Assembly (NCBI GenBank): GCA_009772985.1
Contig: WOUS01000012.1
Span: 46,044 to 110,043 of the forward strand
Length of the DNA stretch: 64,000 nt
Direction of reading: 5' to 3'
Source: Anaerolineaceae bacterium
GTDB taxonomy: Bacteria; Chloroflexota; Anaerolineae; Anaerolineales; Villigracilaceae
Each line of letters starts with the position of its first letter. Position 1 is the stretch's first letter. The notes under the pieces were generated by a model that saw only the letters and a program-made list of their open reading frames with translations, did no database searches and was not told the origin of the DNA. A program made the translations under genes and the position numbers. Positions 43,143 to 53,288 of this stretch are shown one piece after another.

Positions 43143-44594
43143 ATGGCAGAAACCAAGTCTGGAATCCAGATCAGCAAGAAAGCCTTCCTCCAGGCGGTCG
43201 CTATCATCTTCGCCCTGATGCTGGCCGCCGGCATCCTCACCCGCCTTGTCCCGGCGGGGCAGTACGCCCGCATGGAAGTGGACGGGCGGCAGGTCATAGA
43301 CGCCGAATCGTACGCCGTCACCGCGCGCCCCGATTACCCGGTCTGGCGCTGGTTCACCGCTCCGTTCGAGGTCTTCGCCGCCGAGGGCAGCGCGACGGTC
43401 ATCGGCGTTATCGCCTTCATCGTGCTGGTGGGCATCGCCTTCGCCGTGATGGACAAGAGCGGCATCCTGCGTTACGTTGTCCACAGCATCGTCCGAAAAT
43501 TCGGGGCGAAGAAATACGTCCTGCTGCTGGTGCTGACCTTTTTCTTCATGGCGCTGGGCGGATTCTTCGGCATCCTCGAAGAGGCCGTGCCGCTCGTGCC
43601 GATCATCATCGCCCTGTGCCTGTCCCTCGGCTGGGACACGCTGACCGGCCTGGGCGTGTCCATCCTGGCGACCAACGTCGGCTTCTCCACTGCCGTCTTC
43701 AACTATTTCACCATCGGCACCGCCCAGCGGCTGGCCGGACTGCCGCTCTTCTCCGGCTGGGGTCCCCGCATTGTGTTGTTTGTGATCGTGTACGCCATCC
43801 TGGCGACCTTCCTCGTCCGCTACGCCAAAAAGGTGGAACGCAAACCGGAAACGTCGCCGGTCTACAAAGAGGACCAGGCCGAGCGGGCCAAGTTCGGGAC
43901 CTTCGAGCTGGACGCCGCCACCGCCAACAATCCGCGCATGAAGACCGCCGCCATTTTCATGGGCGTGTTCTTCGTCCTGATCCTGGCATCCTCCATGATC
44001 TTCTCGCTGGTTGAGTCGCTTTCAGACCTCGCCATGCCGGTTTCCGGTCTGTTCTTCGTCATCGGCGGGGTCGGCGCGGCGCTCATCGCCGGGATCGGTA
44101 AAAAAGCCGGAAAAGCCGTCTGGGACGGGTTCCTGGGCATCGCCCCGGCCATCCCCCTGCTGATGATGGCCGCCAGCGTCAGGCACATCATTGCCTCGGG
44201 CGGCATCCTCGACACGCTCCTGCATTCGGCCTCGAGCATCTTCTCCGGGACAAGCCCCTTCGTCTCCGCGCTCATCATCTACGGCATGACCCTCGTGCTG
44301 GAACTCTTCGTCACCTCCGGCTCGGCCAAGGCCCTGCTGATCGTCCCCATCCTGATGCCGCTGGCCGACCTGGTGGGCGTCAACCGGCAGATCGCCGTCA
44401 GCGCCTACACTTTCGGCGATGGCTTCTCCAACCTGGTCTACCCGACCAACGCCCTGCTGCTCATCGCCCTCAGCCTGACGGTTGTGCCGTACCACAAATG
44501 GATCAAATGGGTGCTGCGCCTGTGGCCGTGGATCATCCTGGTGACGGTCGCTTTCCTGGCTGTGGCGGTCGCCATTGACTACGGGCCGTTCTAG
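43143..44594 (+). CDS. YfcC family transporter (C4-dicarboxylate anaerobic carrier-like)
   Basis: 483 aa and polytopic. The N-terminus ISKKAFLQAVAIIFALMLAAGILTRLVPAGQY is typical of YfcC-family proteins. Confidence 0.8.
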   Translation: MAETKSGIQISKKAFLQAVAIIFALMLAAGILTRLVPAGQYARMEVDGRQVIDAESYAVTARPDYPVWRWFTAPFEVFAAEGSATVIGVIAFIVLVGIAFAVMDKSGILRYVVHSIVRKFGAKKYVLLLVLTFFFMALGGFFGILEEAVPLVPIIIALCLSLGWDTLTGLGVSILATNVGFSTAVFNYFTIGTAQRLAGLPLFSGWGPRIVLFVIVYAILATFLVRYAKKVERKPETSPVYKEDQAERAKFGTFELDAATANNPRMKTAAIFMGVFFVLILASSMIFSLVESLSDLAMPVSGLFFVIGGVGAALIAGIGKKAGKAVWDGFLGIAPAIPLLMMAASVRHIIASGGILDTLLHSASSIFSGTSPFVSALIIYGMTLVLELFVTSGSAKALLIVPILMPLADLVGVNRQIAVSAYTFGDGFSNLVYPTNALLLIALSLTVVPYHKWIKWVLRLWPWIILVTVAFLAVAVAIDYGPF

Positions 44595-44603
44595 AAATCG
44601 AGT

Positions 44604-44628
44604 AGGGGGCGGCGGCTAACCGCCCCCT
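44604..44628 (+). terminator. 9-bp GC hairpin after yfcC-like gene (no T tract)
   Basis: agggggcgg cggctaa ccgccccct. Confidence 0.3.
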
Positions 44629-44774
44629 CTCACGCCACCAGACATGCGGGTCCGCATCCGGCGGTTCACCGAGAGCAGCGCAGATAGATGTGCGCTGGCT
44701 TTGCCGAAAACGAACGAGAGGGAAGTATAATGACATCGTTGTAGATGAATCCTGGTTGGCAGAAGGAGGAATCA

Positions 44775-45785
44775 ATGAATCGAAACCAGCGTTTTCTGAT
44801 TTTTGCAACAGTGATTTTTCTGCTCGCACCATTGTTAGTATTTGGGTTGGGAAAAGTAGAGTATGCGCGCGCCCTGTTCAGCAACATGCACGCCGCGAAC
44901 ATTCTGTTAAGGGTGGAAAGGGAGATTATGCAGAAATCACCGGCCGGCCAATACTATGAATCCATGTTTTGGAAACACAATGACGAGATAATGCAAATCA
45001 TGTCTGCCCACCCTGAACGGGAGGATGATTTTTTGCGGGTCGCGCGTTCCTTCATCCCCGGCTTGGAGGCTTTGTTAAATGGCGAGGGCGATACAGTTGA
45101 AATTACAGCCGGACAGGTCAGCGACTTGAAAGCACTACTTGATTGGCTTGCATCGGTAGGGAGTCCATCACTCAAGGAAGACATCGAGCGCGAGCAGGCG
45201 CGCTTTCCATTGGATCTATTCGTTGGCATGAGCATGGACGAGGCTCTGGAATACATCACCACACATTGGGAGTATGAATCTTCTGTCCCGCCCATGCTCG
45301 TACCTGATTCGAATGGAGAGTGGGCATATACCATGCTCAATGGGGTTTATTTGGAGTACCCGGCCAGTTATTCAATGCAACAATCCGTATCTTTCCCGGA
45401 CATGGTTTATTTCATTCCATCCCCAAATGTGCCGGAGGCTTGGGACGCGGCAGTGATAAAGGTGCATATCTGGAGTTTGCCGCCGGAACAACGCGACTTA
45501 TTCGGCCCTGCCAGGTTCGGTCCCGCCGATGATCTGGCGTGGCAGAATGAAATTGTTTCGGGAGATTTTACCGGCGTTCAGTTCCTATTTGAGAATGAAA
45601 ATATCGCCTGTGCGTATTTCGGCGCGTTCTTATACAACAAGCAGACACAAACGGCTATTGATATTTGGATTCTTGCTGAACCGATCCGAATTCAGGAATT
45701 CGAGAATTTCCAGGATGTGATCAACCAGAAATACCCCTATCTTCAGCATTTGATCGAGAAGATTGGCGGCAATCTACAGCCGTGA
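44775..45785 (+). CDS. hypothetical protein with N-terminal TM anchor
   Basis: AGGAGG RBS. The start is MNRNQRFLIFATVIFLLAPLLVF. The stretch is lower in GC and no motif was recognised. Confidence 0.65.
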   Translation: MNRNQRFLIFATVIFLLAPLLVFGLGKVEYARALFSNMHAANILLRVEREIMQKSPAGQYYESMFWKHNDEIMQIMSAHPEREDDFLRVARSFIPGLEALLNGEGDTVEITAGQVSDLKALLDWLASVGSPSLKEDIEREQARFPLDLFVGMSMDEALEYITTHWEYESSVPPMLVPDSNGEWAYTMLNGVYLEYPASYSMQQSVSFPDMVYFIPSPNVPEAWDAAVIKVHIWSLPPEQRDLFGPARFGPADDLAWQNEIVSGDFTGVQFLFENENIACAYFGAFLYNKQTQTAIDIWILAEPIRIQEFENFQDVINQKYPYLQHLIEKIGGNLQP

Positions 45786-45814
45786 GGAATCAAAAAGATG
45801 CACGTGTAACACTT

Positions 45815-45847
45815 TGCCCCGCCGAAACCAGGCGGGGCATTTTTATT
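45815..45847 (+). terminator. rho-independent terminator
   Basis: tgccccgcc gaaacca ggcggggca followed by tttttatt. Confidence 0.65.
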
Positions 45848-45915
45848 GACCAAAGTGCTACTTGTATTTTTCCCCGCAGTTCCTATAATGAATTCATAAC
45901 CCAAAGGAGGCCGCC

Positions 45916-46350
45916 ATGAAAAAGTTGCCCCTCATCCTGCCCGCCCTGTTGCTCGCCCTCTCCATCCTGGCCTGCGGTTCCTTCTCGCCCCCCGAATCGT
46001 GCGGCGACGAGATTGGCGGCACAGCCAACGAAACCCTGTTCGGCGAGAATTTCGAGAGCATGGAACTCGTCAGCGCCGGCGACTGGCAGCCGGGGGCGCA
46101 AGGTGAGAACGGGGTGCAGTTCGCCGGGCAGGAACCCCTGCTCCTCATGTTCGACGCCAAAGCGGACGTTGACGTGCGCGCCTGCATCCAGAACACGCAG
46201 GGCGGCGGGCAACTGGCCTTCGACCAGACCGCTTTCTTCTCCGAAGGCACGAACGTGTTCCCGGTCGGCGCATTCGAACCGGGCAACTACGTCATCCGCG
46301 TGATCGTGGACGGGGCGCTGGTGAAAAACTTCCCGTTCGAGGTCAAGTAA
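45916..46350 (+). CDS. small lipoprotein, unknown function
   Basis: AAGGAGG RBS. The signal is MKKLPLILPALLLALSILAC. Confidence 0.7.
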   Translation: MKKLPLILPALLLALSILACGSFSPPESCGDEIGGTANETLFGENFESMELVSAGDWQPGAQGENGVQFAGQEPLLLMFDAKADVDVRACIQNTQGGGQLAFDQTAFFSEGTNVFPVGAFEPGNYVIRVIVDGALVKNFPFEVK

Positions 46351-46375
46351 TTCCTCCGGGAACAAGGAGGTCGCC

Positions 46376-47677
46376 ATGACGCGCCTGCACAGATTCTTCG
46401 CGCTGCTCGCGGCAAACCTGCTCCTCGCCGCCGCGCTGGCGGCCTGCGTGCCGACCAAACCGGACGTCATGTCACCCACCGTCACCCCCTCCACACCGGG
46501 AGGCCTGGACACAGCCACAGACAAATGGTCGCTGTGGGCCAACGGCGCGCAACTGCGCGGGGCGAACATCTACCAGCGGCGCATCCATCCCGAATTCGAC
46601 GGGACCGAGTTCCTCGGTCCAGGCCCATTCGGGCCGCCCTACACGCAGGCGGATTTCGATAATCTCGCCGCGCTGGGCGCGAACTACGTCAACATCTCCG
46701 GCCCCGGCCTGTTCACCGCCGAGCCGCCGTACGTGGTGGATGACGAGGCCGTCGCCAACCTCGACCGCCTGCTGGAAATGGCCGCAGACGCGGACCTGTT
46801 CGCGGTCATCACCTTCCGCACCGGGCCGGGACGCAGCGAGTTTGCCATCCTCGGCCCGGCAGACTGGCTCCCGGACGGGTACATCATCGAGACCGTCTGG
46901 ACCGACGAAGCCGCCCGCCTCGCCTGGGCAGAGATGTGGCGCTTCACCGCCGAACGCTATCGCGACAATCCCATCGTTGTCGGCTACGACCTGATGTGCG
47001 AGCCAAACTCCAACGCCAGCCTCGATATTTGGGACCCGGAGACATTCTACGCTGACTACGCCGGCACCGGCTACGACTGGAACGCCTGGTACCCGCACCT
47101 CGTGTCTGCCATCCGCCAGGTGGACTCATCCACCCCCATCCTGGTCGGCGGGAACAGTTACAGCGACATTGCCTGGCTGCCGTATCTCCACCCGGTGGAC
47201 GACCCGCGCATCGTTTACACGTTCCACCAGTATTCCCCGCACGAGTATACCCACCAGGAGCCGCCGGAGTTGACGCGCGCATACCCCGGATATTTCGACA
47301 CCGATTACGACGATCACCCGGAAACCTTCGACCGCGCCTGGCTGGAAAATCTGCTCGCCATCGCGGCCGATTTCCAATCCACACGCCACGTTGTGTTGGC
47401 AGTCAACGAGTACGGACTGGAGCGCTGGGAGCCGGGCGGAGCGGAGTACGTCCGCGACGAAATGGCGCTCTTCGAGCAGTACGGCTGGAACTACGCCGTC
47501 TGGCAATGGCACGCCTCCTGGCCGCCGCTGGCCGAAGGCGACAACAACTTCAACTTCCTCTTCGGCCCTGACCCGGCGGACCTGGCCGAGGTCCCGAACG
47601 CCCTGCTGGACGCTCTCATCTCCGCCTGGGCGCGCAACACCGTCCGCCCGTCGAATGTCGGGAAATGGGAACCCTGA
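46376..47677 (+). CDS. glycoside hydrolase family 5-like lipoprotein
   Basis: The signal is ..LLAAALAAC. The candidate acid/base is in VGYDLMCEPN and the candidate nucleophile in LAVNEYGLERW. The layout is that of a (beta/alpha)8 cellulase-family enzyme. Confidence 0.75.
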   Translation: MTRLHRFFALLAANLLLAAALAACVPTKPDVMSPTVTPSTPGGLDTATDKWSLWANGAQLRGANIYQRRIHPEFDGTEFLGPGPFGPPYTQADFDNLAALGANYVNISGPGLFTAEPPYVVDDEAVANLDRLLEMAADADLFAVITFRTGPGRSEFAILGPADWLPDGYIIETVWTDEAARLAWAEMWRFTAERYRDNPIVVGYDLMCEPNSNASLDIWDPETFYADYAGTGYDWNAWYPHLVSAIRQVDSSTPILVGGNSYSDIAWLPYLHPVDDPRIVYTFHQYSPHEYTHQEPPELTRAYPGYFDTDYDDHPETFDRAWLENLLAIAADFQSTRHVVLAVNEYGLERWEPGGAEYVRDEMALFEQYGWNYAVWQWHASWPPLAEGDNNFNFLFGPDPADLAEVPNALLDALISAWARNTVRPSNVGKWEP

Positions 47678-47705
47678 CCGCTTGTTATGAAAGAAAGGAC
47701 ATCCA

Positions 47706-49685
47706 ATGAAAACCAAACCTGCTTTCCGCATTCTCCTGGCCCTGGCGCTGCTGGCGTCGGCCGCGATGGCCTGCGACCTGTCTGACCTGACGGACCTGCT
47801 CAACATGCAGGGAGGCGAGCCGGAGGTCATCCACGAGGGGTGGACCAGTTTCGCCAACGGCAACGAAGTGCGCGCCCTGGCCCTGCAGGACGGCGCACTG
47901 TGGGCGGCCACTACCGGCGGCCTGTTCCGCTGGGAGATTGCCGACAACACCTACATCCGCTTCGCCAGCGAGCACGGGCTGGCCAGCAACAACGCCCGCG
48001 CCGTGCTGGTGGACAGCGCCGGCATACTCTGGGTCGGCACCGAATCCGGCCTCAACCGCTTCGACGGGGAAACCTGGACAACCTACACGGACGCCAACGG
48101 CCTGCTGGACAGCGAAGTGTTCGCCGTCCTGGAGGAACCGTCGGGGAACATTCTCGTCGGGACTTACGGCGGCCTCAACCGCTTCGACGGGACCAACTGG
48201 ACCCCACTGAGCGCCGACCTGAAATCGGCGACCGCCATGACGCTGGACGCCTCCGGGAACATCTGGGTGGCCCGTCCGTGCGACGGGGTCGTCCGCTTCG
48301 ACAGCGCCTGGGAACCGGGGACGGAGGGGAATTGGTACACGGAAAAGAAAAACGACCTGCCCACCGATTGCGTGTACGATGTCTACGTGGACGCTGCGGG
48401 GACCGTCTGGCTGGCCACCGGCAAGGGCGTTGTGAGCATGATGGGGACTTATCTGACAACGTACACGAAGAGCGACGGCCTCCCCCACGATAACGCAAAA
48501 ACGATTACCGGGGATGAGTCGGGCGCGATTTGGGTTGGCACGCAAGCAGGCATCGGCAAATTCGACGGAACCATCTGGCAGACATTCTTCCCCGAACAGC
48601 AGGGCGCGGACGATAACAACGTCGCTTCCATCCTTGCCGACCCGTCCGGGACGCTGTGGTTTGGAATGCAAAGCGCCGGGATCCTCCGCTTCGACGGCCT
48701 GGAGTGGACCGTTTACCTGACAGAGGACAACCCGCCCGCCAATGCCATCGCGAACATCGCCATGGACAAGTCAGGCGCGCTGTGGCTCGACGCTTACCCG
48801 ATGGTCAGCCGCTTCGACGGCACAGACTGGTTGAGCTACGAATCGATCGGGGGGTACCCTGCCAGCGACGTTACCAGCATCTATGTGGATTCCTCCGGGA
48901 AGGTCTGGCTCGGAAGGCAAAGCCCGCGCTACACCCGCACCATCGTCTGCCTCCTGCTTGTGTTGCTCAAAATCGACACCGGTACCCTGTGCAGGGAAGA
49001 AACCATCGCTCTGATCGAGGCCGGCGGCGTCGTCAGTTTCGAGGGCGGCGCGTGGACCTCGTACAATTTCTCCGACGACAATTACATCGGCCACGTGGAC
49101 GCCATTTTCCAGGATTCCGACGGCGTCATGTGGTTCGGCGGATCGAGCGGTGTCGTCCGCTTCGACGGCTCGAATTGGACCCGTTACACATCCTCCAGCA
49201 AGGCCAATGCCGAGGGACTGACAACCAGCGGGATTGACGCAATCCACCAGGATTCGTCCGGCGCTCTGTGGTTTGGCGGCAACTCGGGCGCTAACCGTTT
49301 CGACGGCGTGACCTGGGAAAAATTCACTGAAACCAGCGGGCTGGCAGAAAAACACGTCAATGCCATTGTGGAGAATCCGCCCGGCACCCTCTGGTTCGCA
49401 ACCGAGGGAGGCGTCAGCCGCTTCGACGGCTATGGCTGGACCACGTACACCACGCAGCATGGCCTGCCGGATGATTACGTCCGCGCCCTGCTGGTGGATT
49501 CCGGCGGCAATCTGTGGGCCGGCACCAAGGGCGGAGCCGCTTTCTTCGACGGGGAAACCTGGACGGCGTACACTCCCCTGGATGGTCTGGCTGCGAAGAA
49601 CGTTTATGGGATTGTCGAAGACTTGTCCGGCGCGCTCTGGTTCGCGACCTCCGGCGGATTGAGCCGCTTCATCCCGCCCCGATAA
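47706..49685 (+). CDS. lipoprotein with two-component-regulator-propeller (Reg_prop) repeats
   Basis: It has more than 12 repeats of the type GLxxNxVxAIxxDxxGxLWxGTxxGLxRFDGxxWTxYT. The signal is ..LLASAAMAC. Confidence 0.85.
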   Translation: MKTKPAFRILLALALLASAAMACDLSDLTDLLNMQGGEPEVIHEGWTSFANGNEVRALALQDGALWAATTGGLFRWEIADNTYIRFASEHGLASNNARAVLVDSAGILWVGTESGLNRFDGETWTTYTDANGLLDSEVFAVLEEPSGNILVGTYGGLNRFDGTNWTPLSADLKSATAMTLDASGNIWVARPCDGVVRFDSAWEPGTEGNWYTEKKNDLPTDCVYDVYVDAAGTVWLATGKGVVSMMGTYLTTYTKSDGLPHDNAKTITGDESGAIWVGTQAGIGKFDGTIWQTFFPEQQGADDNNVASILADPSGTLWFGMQSAGILRFDGLEWTVYLTEDNPPANAIANIAMDKSGALWLDAYPMVSRFDGTDWLSYESIGGYPASDVTSIYVDSSGKVWLGRQSPRYTRTIVCLLLVLLKIDTGTLCREETIALIEAGGVVSFEGGAWTSYNFSDDNYIGHVDAIFQDSDGVMWFGGSSGVVRFDGSNWTRYTSSSKANAEGLTTSGIDAIHQDSSGALWFGGNSGANRFDGVTWEKFTETSGLAEKHVNAIVENPPGTLWFATEGGVSRFDGYGWTTYTTQHGLPDDYVRALLVDSGGNLWAGTKGGAAFFDGETWTAYTPLDGLAAKNVYGIVEDLSGALWFATSGGLSRFIPPR

Positions 49686-49705
49686 CTCTTCAAGAGAGGA
49701 GCGCC

Positions 49706-51115
49706 ATGAAAATACGCCTGCTCCTGCTCATTGCCCTCCTTGCGGTTGTGTCATGCGCCTCGCCCGAAACCGCCCCGCCTGACGAAGAAGCGCCCTCTGG
49801 CGGCGCAGAACCGGGCGGACTCATCCTGACCGCCATCCCGCCCGCCTCGTCCGCCCCGCTCTGCCCGGACCCCGGAACGGGACCCGGGGCAGGCCTCCAG
49901 CCTGCGTTCGTGACCGGGTTCGAGGTCCGGCAAGCGCCGCAGAGGGACGAGCCGGCCGCCCGCCTCCCGTTCCGCGACCCCGTCTTCGGGTCCTGCCTGG
50001 TGCGCGTCACCGACCGCCGCGCCGACCTGGCCGCGGGCGACACATCGCCCGGCCTGAAGAACGAGTACTCACGCGTCCAGTCCTTCAACGCGGATGGCAA
50101 TCTCATCCTGGTGCGCGGCGTGGACGGGACGTGGTACGTCTACTCGGCCGCCACGCTCCAGCCGCTCGGCCAGGTTCCGCTGGACGTGGAGCCGCGCTGG
50201 AGCGCAACCAACCCATTCGTCATTTACTACTCCAGCGAGACGCGGCTCATGTCTTACGATCTGCGCACCGGCGCGACCGCGGCCGTTCACGATTTCATCG
50301 TGGACGCTCCCGGCGCGGTCATGGTCTGGACGCGCTACGAGGGCAGCCCCTCGGCGGACGGGCGATACTGGGGCCTGATGGCCGAGGACGAAAACTGGCT
50401 GGCAAGTTTTTACATCGTTTACGATTTGCAAACCGACACGGTCGCTGCGGCGCGCGACCTGCGCGCCTGGCCCAACGATGAGCGCGAAGCCGACAGCGTC
50501 TCCATCTCCCCGCTTGGCAATTACTTCCTCGTCCAGATGGACAAGTACTGCGATTATGGTCAGTTGGGCACGGAGGCGCGCCCTTGCGGACTGATGGTCT
50601 ACGACCGGGACCTGCGAAACGGGCGCGGCCTGCTGCGCGTCGTCGGCCACTCGGACACCGCCCTCGACGCGGACGGCCGCGAGGTGTTCGTTTACCAGGA
50701 TATTGATACCGACAACCTGTCCATGCTCGATCTGCAAACCGGAACGATCACCGCGCTCTGGCCGCTCGATTTCAGTCACACCGGCTTCGGGTTCCATATC
50801 TCCGGGCGCGCGTTTGATCTCCCCGGCTGGGTTGTGGTCTCCACTCACGACGGCGACCCGATATCTTATACCTGGATGGACGACTCGGTCTTCGCCGTCG
50901 AACTCAAGCCGGGCGGGCGCGTCGTCCGCCTGGCGCACACCCAATCGCTGGTGGACGAAAACCAGGAACACGATTACTGGGCCGAGCCGCAGGCCTCGGT
51001 CAACCTCGATTTCACCCGCATCCTTTTCACCACCAACTGGGGCCGCTCCGGGACGGGCGAGGTGGAGATGTACATGATTGAATTGCCGCAAGGCTGGAGC
51101 AATCAAATCCCATAA
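49706..51115 (+). CDS. lipoprotein, probable beta-propeller, unknown function
   Basis: GAGAGGA RBS. The signal is MKIRLLLLIALLAVVSC. The long upstream extension in the ORF track is rejected. Confidence 0.75.
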   Translation: MKIRLLLLIALLAVVSCASPETAPPDEEAPSGGAEPGGLILTAIPPASSAPLCPDPGTGPGAGLQPAFVTGFEVRQAPQRDEPAARLPFRDPVFGSCLVRVTDRRADLAAGDTSPGLKNEYSRVQSFNADGNLILVRGVDGTWYVYSAATLQPLGQVPLDVEPRWSATNPFVIYYSSETRLMSYDLRTGATAAVHDFIVDAPGAVMVWTRYEGSPSADGRYWGLMAEDENWLASFYIVYDLQTDTVAAARDLRAWPNDEREADSVSISPLGNYFLVQMDKYCDYGQLGTEARPCGLMVYDRDLRNGRGLLRVVGHSDTALDADGREVFVYQDIDTDNLSMLDLQTGTITALWPLDFSHTGFGFHISGRAFDLPGWVVVSTHDGDPISYTWMDDSVFAVELKPGGRVVRLAHTQSLVDENQEHDYWAEPQASVNLDFTRILFTTNWGRSGTGEVEMYMIELPQGWSNQIP

Positions 51116-51129
51116 TCAGGAGAAAACAA

Positions 51130-51579
51130 ATGACATCGAAATCAGTGGTTGACGATTTCGTTTCGCAGAAAACCCTCGCCGTGGTCGGCGTCTCGCGCGG
51201 CGGGCAGAAATTCGGCAACATGGCCTACCGCGAACTCAAGGCCGGGGGACGCCGACTCTATCCCATCCACCCGACCGCCGAAAAACTGGAAGGCGACCGC
51301 GCCTACCCGGACTTCAAACCGCTGCCGGAAAAAGTGGGCGGCGCGCTGATCGTCGTCCCGCCCGCGCAGACGGAGAAGGTGGTGCGCGCCGCGGCCGAGG
51401 CCGGCATCCCGCGCGTCTGGATGCAGCAGGGATCGGAGTCCGCGGCTGCCGTAAAATTCTGCCAGGAGAACGGCATCGCCGAAGTCCACGGCGAGTGCAT
51501 CCTGATGTACGCCGGTCAGGCCGGGTTCCACAAATTCCACCGCTGGGTGTGGAAACTGTTCGGCAAAGCCCCAAAATAA
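51130..51579 (+). CDS. CoA-binding domain protein (YccU/YneT-like)
   Basis: KTLAVVGVSRGGQKFGNMAYRELKAGGRRLYPIHP is the typical CoA_binding_2 N-terminus. Confidence 0.85.
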   Translation: MTSKSVVDDFVSQKTLAVVGVSRGGQKFGNMAYRELKAGGRRLYPIHPTAEKLEGDRAYPDFKPLPEKVGGALIVVPPAQTEKVVRAAAEAGIPRVWMQQGSESAAAVKFCQENGIAEVHGECILMYAGQAGFHKFHRWVWKLFGKAPK

Positions 51580-51589
51580 GGAGAGCGCC

Positions 51590-53233
51590 ATGAACCGTGC
51601 AAGTCGTTTGCTGTTTTCCGTGCTGACCCTCGTCAGCGTGCTGGCCGTGCTGGCTGCGGCAGTGGCCGTGCCATCGTTTCCGGCCGCGGCAGGACCGAGG
51701 TCCGCCCCCGCACCGCAGGCCGACAACCCCGCCCCGCCCGCCGCGCCCGTCAAACTCATCTTCATCCATCACTCCACCGGCGAGAACTGGCTGACCGACG
51801 GCTACGGGAACCTCGGCCAAACGCTCGCTGAAAACAACTATTTCGTCAGCGACACCAACTACGGCTGGGGCCCCGACTCCATCGGCGACAACACCGACAT
51901 CCCCAACTGGATGGACTGGTTCCGCAGCGACCGCACGCCGGTCTACATGGACGCGCTCTACAACGAGAGCGGGCAGAACTCCGGCTACACCCGCCTCTTC
52001 GACGATCCCGGCGGCGAGAACCAGATCATCATGTTCAAGTCCTGCTTCCCCAACTCGGCGCTGGAGGGCAATCCCGACGACCCGCCCGACCCCGACGGCT
52101 GGCTGACGGTCGGCCACGCCAAATACGTCTACAACGAAATCCTGCAATATTTCGCCTCCCGTCCCGACAAACTCTTTGTCGTCATCACCGCCCCGCCGCT
52201 CTCCGACGGCGCCTACGCTGAAAACGCCCGCGCCTTCAACAACTGGCTGGTCAATGACTGGCTGGCCGAGAACAACTACACCCTCAACAACGTGGCCGTT
52301 TTCGATTTCTACAACGTGCTGACCGCCAGGGATGCCCACCACTGGTACAACGATGGCGAGATCCAGCACGTTGTCACGAACCGGAACACGCTGTTCTATC
52401 CATCCGGCGACGACCACCCATCGGAAAGAGGCAGCCAGAAGGCGACCGACGAATTCGTCCCGCTGCTGAACATTTTCTACAACCGCTGGGCCGCTTCCGG
52501 GACCGCGAACCTGCCACCCGCCACCCTGTCCGCACCCACCGCCGACAGCGGGCCCGCGCCGGACCCGGGCGGCGGGCAGGGCGTCCCGCTTCCGCCCGAC
52601 ACCGCCCTCACAATTGACGACTTCGAGGGCGGAGCGGACGGCTGGGAGGCATTCTGGGACGCGTCCACCAGCACCACGGTCACGTGCGCCGCGGAGACCG
52701 GCGCCGGCGATGACGGCTCGACCTCCCTGCGGATGGAGTTCTCCGTGGCCGCGGGCAGCTGGGCCACCTGCGCCCTGTTCTTCGACAGCCCGCAGGACTG
52801 GAGCGGCGGCGAGTGGCTGGCATTCGACGTGCGCTCCGAGCCATCCGGCCTGCCGTTCAACGTCATCGTCTACGGCGGCACGCCCGACGCGCGCGAGACG
52901 TATCTCCAGCCGCGCGAAACGCCGGTCGAGTATGCAGGCTTCGTCACGTTCACCAACCTGTGGGAGGATTTCCTGCGCGCCGACTGGGAGGATGGCGCCG
53001 GCTCGGCCTTTGACGCTCCCGAACAGGTGGTCGGCCTGGCCTTCGGCTTCGACGCCGGCCCGGATGCCCCCTACACGGGCGTCATCTGGATTGACAATAT
53101 CCGGCTGGAGGTCAGCCCATCCTCCGCTGATGGCGGCGAGGGCGATGGCGGTGGCGGAGGTCTGCCCTGCGCGGGCAGCGCGCTCCTGCCGCTCATAATC
53201 GTCGGGCTGGCGTGGGCCTTCCGGCGCAGGTAA
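51590..53233 (+). CDS. secreted protein with carbohydrate-binding-module-like domain and C-terminal sorting-signal-like tail
   Basis: It has a signal peptide. The central region is IDDFEGGADGWEAFWD...WIDNIRLE (CBM-like). The tail is GGGGGLPCAGSALLPLIIVGLAWAFRRR. Confidence 0.8.
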   Translation: MNRASRLLFSVLTLVSVLAVLAAAVAVPSFPAAAGPRSAPAPQADNPAPPAAPVKLIFIHHSTGENWLTDGYGNLGQTLAENNYFVSDTNYGWGPDSIGDNTDIPNWMDWFRSDRTPVYMDALYNESGQNSGYTRLFDDPGGENQIIMFKSCFPNSALEGNPDDPPDPDGWLTVGHAKYVYNEILQYFASRPDKLFVVITAPPLSDGAYAENARAFNNWLVNDWLAENNYTLNNVAVFDFYNVLTARDAHHWYNDGEIQHVVTNRNTLFYPSGDDHPSERGSQKATDEFVPLLNIFYNRWAASGTANLPPATLSAPTADSGPAPDPGGGQGVPLPPDTALTIDDFEGGADGWEAFWDASTSTTVTCAAETGAGDDGSTSLRMEFSVAAGSWATCALFFDSPQDWSGGEWLAFDVRSEPSGLPFNVIVYGGTPDARETYLQPRETPVEYAGFVTFTNLWEDFLRADWEDGAGSAFDAPEQVVGLAFGFDAGPDAPYTGVIWIDNIRLEVSPSSADGGEGDGGGGGLPCAGSALLPLIIVGLAWAFRRR

Positions 53234-53240
53234 AAAAAAC

Positions 53241-53271
53241 AAGAGCCGCTTCCATTTTGGAGGCGGCTCTT
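53241..53271. terminator. hairpin between convergent genes; T tract on the minus-strand side
   Basis: aagagccgc ... gcggctctt, flanked by aaaaaaaac on the left. Confidence 0.55.
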
Positions 53272-53288
53272 CACTTCATCGTCAAAAT

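Noticed and set aside
48900-49030. Segment of the propeller-repeat lipoprotein that breaks the repeat pattern (RQSPRYTRTIVCLLLVLLKIDTGTLCREETIALIEAGG). I considered a frameshift or an inserted element.
   Set aside because: The reading frame stays open and the repeats resume in the same frame. No flanking repeats or composition change are visible. It is probably a divergent blade or loop.
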